Source of the DNA: a virus
Taxonomy: Duplodnaviria > Caudoviricetes
Reading direction: 5' to 3' (one strand)
Virus record (IMG/VR): IMGVR_UViG_3300011338_000680
Coordinates: 1-30,780 of that record
Length of the DNA stretch: 30,780 nt
Made by a program: the position numbers and the translations under genes. Below the pieces are notes generated by a model that saw only the letters and a program-made list of their open reading frames with translations, was not told the origin of the DNA and did no database searches. This document shows, piece by piece, positions 26,028-30,780 of the stretch. Each line of letters opens with the position of its first letter. The stretch's first letter is position 1.

Positions 26028-26206
26028 AGAAAATCCGATACTTTTGCTCTAATTGTAGTTCCACCGACATTGTTTGGGATGCCTGGGCGTCTTGGAATGA
26101 GGAAAAACAAGTAATGGAGCTCGAAAATACATTCGATGATTGTTTCTGTAACGAATGCGAACAATCGTCCAAAGAAGTTTCTGAAGAAGAGGTAGAAACA
26201 GAATGA
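26024..26206 (+). CDS. Small acidic Zn-ribbon protein
   Basis: CSNC...CNEC, ATGA-coupled on both sides. Confidence 0.7.
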   Translation: MKKIRYFCSNCSSTDIVWDAWASWNEEKQVMELENTFDDCFCNECEQSSKEVSEEEVETE

Positions 26207-26523
26207 GTATTATTACTCCTAAACAACTCGCGCATAGATGGAACTGCTCTGTATTTCATATCTACAAACTATGTCGCGAAAACCTAATCCCTCACTTCAG
26301 GCTTGGCACCCGAATCATTCGTTTCCAAACTGAAGAGATTGAAAAGTACGAATGTCAAAACTCGTCCTCTACCGAGGTAAATGGTGCTTTTATAGCCGTA
26401 CAGACTCAGGCACTCCCATTCGCCGGTCCCTCGGGACGTCTGATCGAGCAAAGGCTGAACGAAGGACAGCAGACTTTCAGAACCTCCAGCTTCTTCGTAC
26501 CTCCAGTAACAGGTGAACGGTAG
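26203..26523 (+). CDS. Excisionase-like HTH DNA-binding protein
   Basis: ITPKQLAHRWNCS..HIYKL....LIPHFRLG.RIIRF...EIEKYE matches the Xis/HTH_17 pattern. Confidence 0.8.
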   Translation: MSIITPKQLAHRWNCSVFHIYKLCRENLIPHFRLGTRIIRFQTEEIEKYECQNSSSTEVNGAFIAVQTQALPFAGPSGRLIEQRLNEGQQTFRTSSFFVPPVTGER

Positions 26524-26594
26524 CCGATCTCTGGAATGCCCGTAGGAAGGCTTTAGAAGGCCATAAGGTGGCATCCAATAAGCAATGGAGTTAA
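26352..26594 (+). pseudogene. Truncated tyrosine-integrase N-terminal fragment overlapping the xis-like gene
   Basis: +2 frame reads MSKLVLYRGKWCFYSRTDSGTPIRRSLGTSDRAKAERR...SNR*TVADLWNARRKALEGH...QWS*, with an internal TGA at 26514-26516 and no catalytic domain downstream. Confidence 0.6.
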
Positions 26595-26598
26595 TCTA

Positions 26599-26859
26599 AT
26601 GAATTATAGAGAGTTTATTAAGAAAACCTATCCAATTAAACACCCCACCCCAATCAGATATATTCCTCCAAAGCACAAGAATGGAAAAATAGATTGGGCC
26701 AACGTTCCTCTTGGCACTCAGATTATAACAAGAGACTGGGCTGGAAATACCTTTAAAGGCACTCTCATCAGTGTCCATCCCAGAACTCTACAACTCCGTA
26801 TTCCTGGTCGTGATTATCCATTTTATTGTCTTCGTAGTGAGGTTATTCGTGTTGGATAA
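26599..26859 (+). CDS. Hypothetical protein
   Basis: RBS GGAG, ATG, 86 aa. Confidence 0.65.
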   Translation: MNYREFIKKTYPIKHPTPIRYIPPKHKNGKIDWANVPLGTQIITRDWAGNTFKGTLISVHPRTLQLRIPGRDYPFYCLRSEVIRVG

Positions 26860-27415
26860 ATCAACTACATCAGCGAACGTGGAGGATGGGCCACATGAAG
26901 TCAAACTACCCTCCGGCTGGCTTGCGCGTGATGTTGCCGCAGCCGCCGCACGACTCAAACCGAAAGGAGGTGATGCCGATGAGCGCCCGTCCAATAACGC
27001 ACGACATGCTACCAGCCCCGGCGTAACAACCGGGGCGAGCGCGGTGGAAGATGATCTTTGCGGTCGTCTCAGAGTCTATGCGCTTGCGGAGGACATTATG
27101 TCGTCCGAACGCCGCGATCTTGAAACCGCCGCCACCCGTATCCTCTCCCTATCCGCGCAGCTAGCAGAGGCGCGAAGGGAGAATGACAACGAGTGGTTGC
27201 CTATCGAGAGCGCGCCGAAGGATGGGACGCATTTGCTCGCGATTGTTGATGGAGACGTGCGTCGCATAGCTTGGGGAAAGACATCACACATTCCTATAAT
27301 CGGTTTTTGTTTGGCTGATCAGGGTGCGGAGGATTTTGATCTATGTGATCCCACCCACTGGCGTCCGCTTCCCGTCCCTCCCGCCGCCATTCACACAGGA
27401 GACGATGATGAATAA
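26852..27415 (+). CDS. DUF551-like modular phage protein (probable TTG start at 26852)
   Basis: C-terminal EWLPIESAPKDGT...PTHWRPLPVPP is the DUF551-type motif. GC-rich. Confidence 0.7.
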   Translation: MDKSTTSANVEDGPHEVKLPSGWLARDVAAAAARLKPKGGDADERPSNNARHATSPGVTTGASAVEDDLCGRLRVYALAEDIMSSERRDLETAATRILSLSAQLAEARRENDNEWLPIESAPKDGTHLLAIVDGDVRRIAWGKTSHIPIIGFCLADQGAEDFDLCDPTHWRPLPVPPAAIHTGDDDE

Positions 27416-27644
27416 CTTCTTCACGAAATTCGCCGCGATCTACCTATGCCTATGGTTGGTCACATGGCCTGCGTTGTTGGCCGATCTACAAGCCGACCGG
27501 CGCGACAAGGAGTCTGCGGATCGCAACTACCGCCATGACATCAGCGTGGCGATGTTCTGGGCTATGCTTCCGCCGATGTGGGTCGCGACGCCGTTCTGGA
27601 CAGACTTCTACAGCCACGGGTTTCAGTTTGGAAGGAGACGTTGA
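27405..27644 (+). CDS. Small membrane protein
   Basis: RBS AGGAGA then MMNNFFTKFAAIYLCLWLVTWPALLA, with two hydrophobic segments. Confidence 0.6.
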   Translation: MMNNFFTKFAAIYLCLWLVTWPALLADLQADRRDKESADRNYRHDISVAMFWAMLPPMWVATPFWTDFYSHGFQFGRRR

Positions 27645-27721
27645 TGCCTAACATTGACGCGAAGAAGATCGGGGTCCTACGCCGCGCCCGCACCGCCTTG
27701 GAGGGCCGCGACGATGGGTGA
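27644..27721 (+). CDS. Very small ORF (25 aa), possibly a gene remnant
   Basis: TGATG coupling, RBS AGGAG, MPNIDAKKIGVLRRARTALEGRDDG. Confidence 0.4.
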   Translation: MPNIDAKKIGVLRRARTALEGRDDG

Positions 27722-27821
27722 GGGGAAGTATCTGGATATTGAGCGCGAGCTTTATCGCATCTGCAAACGCCTACAACGACGCCCACTTCTCGCCATTCTC
27801 ATCGCCAAGAAGGGGTGTTAG
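27714..27821 (+). CDS. Very small basic ORF (35 aa)
   Basis: RBS GGAGG, MGEGKYLDIERELYRICKRLQRRPLLAILIAKKGC, ends just before the HNH ATG. Confidence 0.45.
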   Translation: MGEGKYLDIERELYRICKRLQRRPLLAILIAKKGC

Positions 27822-27823
27822 CC

Positions 27824-28153
27824 ATGGGCTTCTCAACTTTACTTTTGGCCGCGCATGGTCGCCCCTGCCCGTACTGCGAGTGCATCATGCACGTCCCGCC
27901 GCGCGGGAGAAAAAAGCGGACGCGGCACCCGCGATTTCCAACACGCGATCATGTCATCCCGCGCTCGGTGATGCCCGGACAAGGGACTGTGGTCGTCTGC
28001 AACACATGCAATCGCGACAAGGCTAACAAAACGATCACTGAGTGGGTCGCCTCACTCGACGCCAAGGGCGACCAACGCGCTGGTATCGTTCGGGCGTTTG
28101 TCGAGAAGAATCCGAATGTTAGAATTAGCCCGATATGCGATCCGGTCGGGTGA
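27824..28153 (+). CDS. HNH endonuclease
   Basis: CPYC...TRDHVIPRS...VVCNTCNRDK. Confidence 0.85.
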   Translation: MGFSTLLLAAHGRPCPYCECIMHVPPRGRKKRTRHPRFPTRDHVIPRSVMPGQGTVVVCNTCNRDKANKTITEWVASLDAKGDQRAGIVRAFVEKNPNVRISPICDPVG

Positions 28154-28300
28154 AGGGACCACCTTTCACTTAACTTATTATTTTTGATTCACTTATGTTA
28201 TTTCAACTTCTGAAATCTTTGGTTTAATTTCCCCACTTTGCCCTTTGTTTTATTCAAGTGAACAAAGGAACACTCCTCCTTTTAAACCAAAGAAAACCAA

Positions 28301-28501
28301 ATGGCTAAACCCTTGGCTCCCATACTGGAGCGTGCTAATATAACCTACCGAATGCGCCACCTTAGGGCTCTTATTAAAGAGCTTGAGAGCGAGCCTCAAT
28401 CTCCTGAACGAGACAGCCTACTTGATGCACTAAGGTACGAATTGGACACCTTGCGCCATCAATTTGTGTTTCTCGTTATCTCAGACATTCCAAAGCATTA
28501 A
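28301..28501 (+). CDS. Hypothetical protein
   Basis: 66-aa ATG ORF directly upstream of the polymerase. Confidence 0.6.
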   Translation: MAKPLAPILERANITYRMRHLRALIKELESEPQSPERDSLLDALRYELDTLRHQFVFLVISDIPKH

Positions 28502-28510
28502 CTCAAAACC

Positions 28511-30379
28511 ATGTTTGTTGTCGTAGACACTGAAACCGAACGCCTTGTCAATCCCGAAAAACTGTGGCTAGTTGTCTGTACTGAGGTAGAGACAGAGAGA
28601 GTTCATGTCTTTCGGAACCTCCATGATCCGGCTAGTAGTGTGGATCGGGAACAATTTCGGTCCTTCGCTAAAAAAGTATCTGGGTGGATTGGCCACAACA
28701 TCATTGGCTTTGATCGGGCTGTCCTTGAACGTCTTGCTGGGGTGTCTATTACTCCTGAAACAATTATGGATACCCTTGTTATTAGTCGTTTGCTTAATGC
28801 TGGTGTACAAGGTGGCCATAGCCTAGAAGCCATTGGTGAACGATTAGGGTATCCTAAGATATCCTTTAGTGATTTCTCTAAGTACTCTCTTGAAATGGAA
28901 GAGTACTGCATAAGAGATACCCTAGTTACTCTTAAGTTCTTTAGGTCTGTAGAGGCTTATATCTTCTCTAAGCAATGGAAAGATAGCCTTAGGTTAGAAC
29001 ATGACATAGCTTTTATTTGTGAAGAGATGAAAACTAATGGTTTTCACTTTAACTTTAAGGAAGCTCAAAAGTTACACCAAGAGATATCTCTTAAGGTAGA
29101 CGAACTTTCCAATAGCCTGAGTCTGTCTTTCCAACCCAAGACTGCCCTCATTCGAGAGATCAATCCTAAAGCCACCAAACACGGCACTATCTCAAAGGTA
29201 GACTTTAGGTGGACTAATGACCTGACCCCTTATTCCGTAGGCGCTCCCTTTTCTCTCATCGAATGGATACCCTTTAACCCTGGGTCTCCAAAGCAAGTAG
29301 TGGAGCGTCTCAATGAATCAGGTTGGCAACCCTACGAAAAAACCAAAGGCCATATCCAAGCTGAGAGGGAAGGGGACTGGGAAAAACTTAAGCATTACCT
29401 GACCTATGGCTGGAAAGTCTCAGAGGAAAATCTTAAGACACTTCCTAAAGAGGCTCCAGAAGCGGCTAGGAAGCTCGTGGAGTGGCTTACCCTCAATAAC
29501 CGTAGGGTAGTACTGGAGAGTTGGTTCAAGGCGTACCAGGAGGCTTCCCAGAGGATCCACGGTACCTTCCGCCACATAGGGGCCTGGACCCACCGGATGG
29601 CCCATAGCGATCCCAACATGGCTAACATCCCGGCAGGAGACAATCTGTACGCCCATGAGATGCGAGCTTTGTGGGACGTACCAAAGGACAAACTCCTGGT
29701 AGGTGTGGACGCTGACGGCATCCAGTTACGCATTCTAGCTCACTACATGAACGATCCTGTGTTCACCAAAGCCCTAGTGGAGGGACGGAAAGAAGACGGA
29801 ACAGACGCCCATACCCTTAACAAAGAGGCTCTTGGGTCTGTCTGCAAATCTAGGGATGACGCCAAGACATTTATCTATGCGTTTCTTTTGGGTGCTGGTT
29901 TGCTCAAGGTGGCTCAGATCCTCGGGTGTTCCGTAAGCGAAGCAAAAGAGGCTGTAACCTCTTTCCTAAACCGCATTACCGGGCTAAAGTATCTTAAGGA
30001 GGATGTTATCCCCAAAGATGCCCGAAAGGGGTACTTCATTGGCCTCGATGGTCGAGCAGTCCTGTGTGACTCAGAACACCTCATGTTAGCTGGCTACCTT
30101 CAGAATGGAGAATCAGTCATCATGAAACGAGCCAATGTCTTGTGGAGGAACCGACTACTAAAAGAAAAAATACCATTTAAACAAGTCAACTTTGTACACG
30201 ATGAATGGCAACTTGAAGTTCCTAATGATCAAGAACTAGCACTTTATACAGCTAACATACTGGCCGATTCAATTAGACAAGTCGGTGAAGACCTGAAACT
30301 CAACTGTCCTATGGCAGGATCTTTCCTCAACCAACACAAACAACTGGCCATTGGTGCCAACTGGAGTATTACCCACTAA
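28511..30379 (+). CDS. DNA polymerase, family A, with 3'-5' exonuclease
   Basis: ExoI VDTET, ExoII GHNIIGFD, ExoIII YCIRD, motif A DADGIQLRILAHY, motif B RDDAKTFIYAFLLG, motif C VHDE. Confidence 0.96.
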   Translation: MFVVVDTETERLVNPEKLWLVVCTEVETERVHVFRNLHDPASSVDREQFRSFAKKVSGWIGHNIIGFDRAVLERLAGVSITPETIMDTLVISRLLNAGVQGGHSLEAIGERLGYPKISFSDFSKYSLEMEEYCIRDTLVTLKFFRSVEAYIFSKQWKDSLRLEHDIAFICEEMKTNGFHFNFKEAQKLHQEISLKVDELSNSLSLSFQPKTALIREINPKATKHGTISKVDFRWTNDLTPYSVGAPFSLIEWIPFNPGSPKQVVERLNESGWQPYEKTKGHIQAEREGDWEKLKHYLTYGWKVSEENLKTLPKEAPEAARKLVEWLTLNNRRVVLESWFKAYQEASQRIHGTFRHIGAWTHRMAHSDPNMANIPAGDNLYAHEMRALWDVPKDKLLVGVDADGIQLRILAHYMNDPVFTKALVEGRKEDGTDAHTLNKEALGSVCKSRDDAKTFIYAFLLGAGLLKVAQILGCSVSEAKEAVTSFLNRITGLKYLKEDVIPKDARKGYFIGLDGRAVLCDSEHLMLAGYLQNGESVIMKRANVLWRNRLLKEKIPFKQVNFVHDEWQLEVPNDQELALYTANILADSIRQVGEDLKLNCPMAGSFLNQHKQLAIGANWSITH

Positions 30380-30591
30380 TGAAGCTTTTTGAAATTACCT
30401 TTTCGTTCCTGGACCCGACCAAGGCTGTGGGAACGTTCGCTGCTGAATCGGAAGAGGACGCTATCAACAATCTAAAGGCCCAACTTGAGGGCCAGGTCGA
30501 ACGACTGGCGATCGAAGCTGTCGAAGAAGTAGAATTTCCTACGATTACCCCTGCTGAGACAGAAGAAGCTGTCTCTAAAGTTCTTAACTAA
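30379..30591 (+). CDS. Small acidic hypothetical protein
   Basis: TAATG coupling to the polymerase, 70 aa. Confidence 0.7.
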   Translation: MKLFEITFSFLDPTKAVGTFAAESEEDAINNLKAQLEGQVERLAIEAVEEVEFPTITPAETEEAVSKVLN

Positions 30592-30666
30592 CAACTTTTA
30601 AAGGTACAACTTTTATTATGGCCGTAAGGCCCATCAAAGTAACACCAAGTTTAAAAGGTAAATTTT

Positions 30667-30780
30667 ATGGCTACCAAGTTTATTGATTTGACCGGCACTG
30701 TAAAGTGGGTAAAGACCCGTAAGCCGGATGAAAAGTATAACAACTGGACTCTGAACTTCTACCCTGATGAACGTTCTCGT
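30667..30780 (+). CDS. Probable ssDNA-binding protein (gp2.5-like), N-terminal part
   Basis: MATKFIDLTGTVKWVKTRKPDEKYNNWTLNFYPDERSR, open to the window end. G..KW....PD.KY..W pattern and position after the polymerase. Confidence 0.55.
   Translation, partial: MATKFIDLTGTVKWVKTRKPDEKYNNWTLNFYPDERSR

Noticed and set aside
27718-28026. 102-aa ORF overlapping the HNH gene
   Set aside because: Conflicts with the motif-supported HNH frame and the coupled micro-ORFs; likely a GC-rich chance frame.

Overview
This window is part of a podovirus-type tailed dsDNA phage with two divergent arms, an organisation like cobavirus/Zobellviridae and PaP3/phiEco32-like phages (inferred from gene content and order). 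No phage RNA polymerase is present in the window. The left arm (1-15610, minus strand) is morphogenesis and lysis, in transcription order: TerS, Dps/ferritin-like protein, discoidin-domain protein, tail fibre, TerL, two tandem 71-aa paralogues, portal, scaffold, major capsid, capsid decoration, endolysin-holin-spanins, tail adaptor, nozzle, GNAT and ejection proteins. The divergent intergenic region (15.6-16.8 kb) has a sigma70 promoter and many palindromes and probably spans the joined genome termini. The right arm (plus strand) starts with small early ORFs mixed with structured non-coding elements: three covarying H-type pseudoknots, an atypical CCA-ending tRNA-like gene and two copies of an unrecognised multi-stem motif. 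Next come a five-gene peptide/amide-ligase cluster (two amidoligases, ATP-grasp, class II GATase, gamma-glutamylcyclotransferase), a primase-helicase, a vestigial xis/integrase, a GC-rich island with an HNH nuclease, a family A DNA polymerase and the start of an SSB. Three genes carry single-base lesions (capsid frameshift, decoration-gene amber codon, GATase frameshift) that are most likely sequence errors. All functional calls come from motif recognition by eye; no database search was run.
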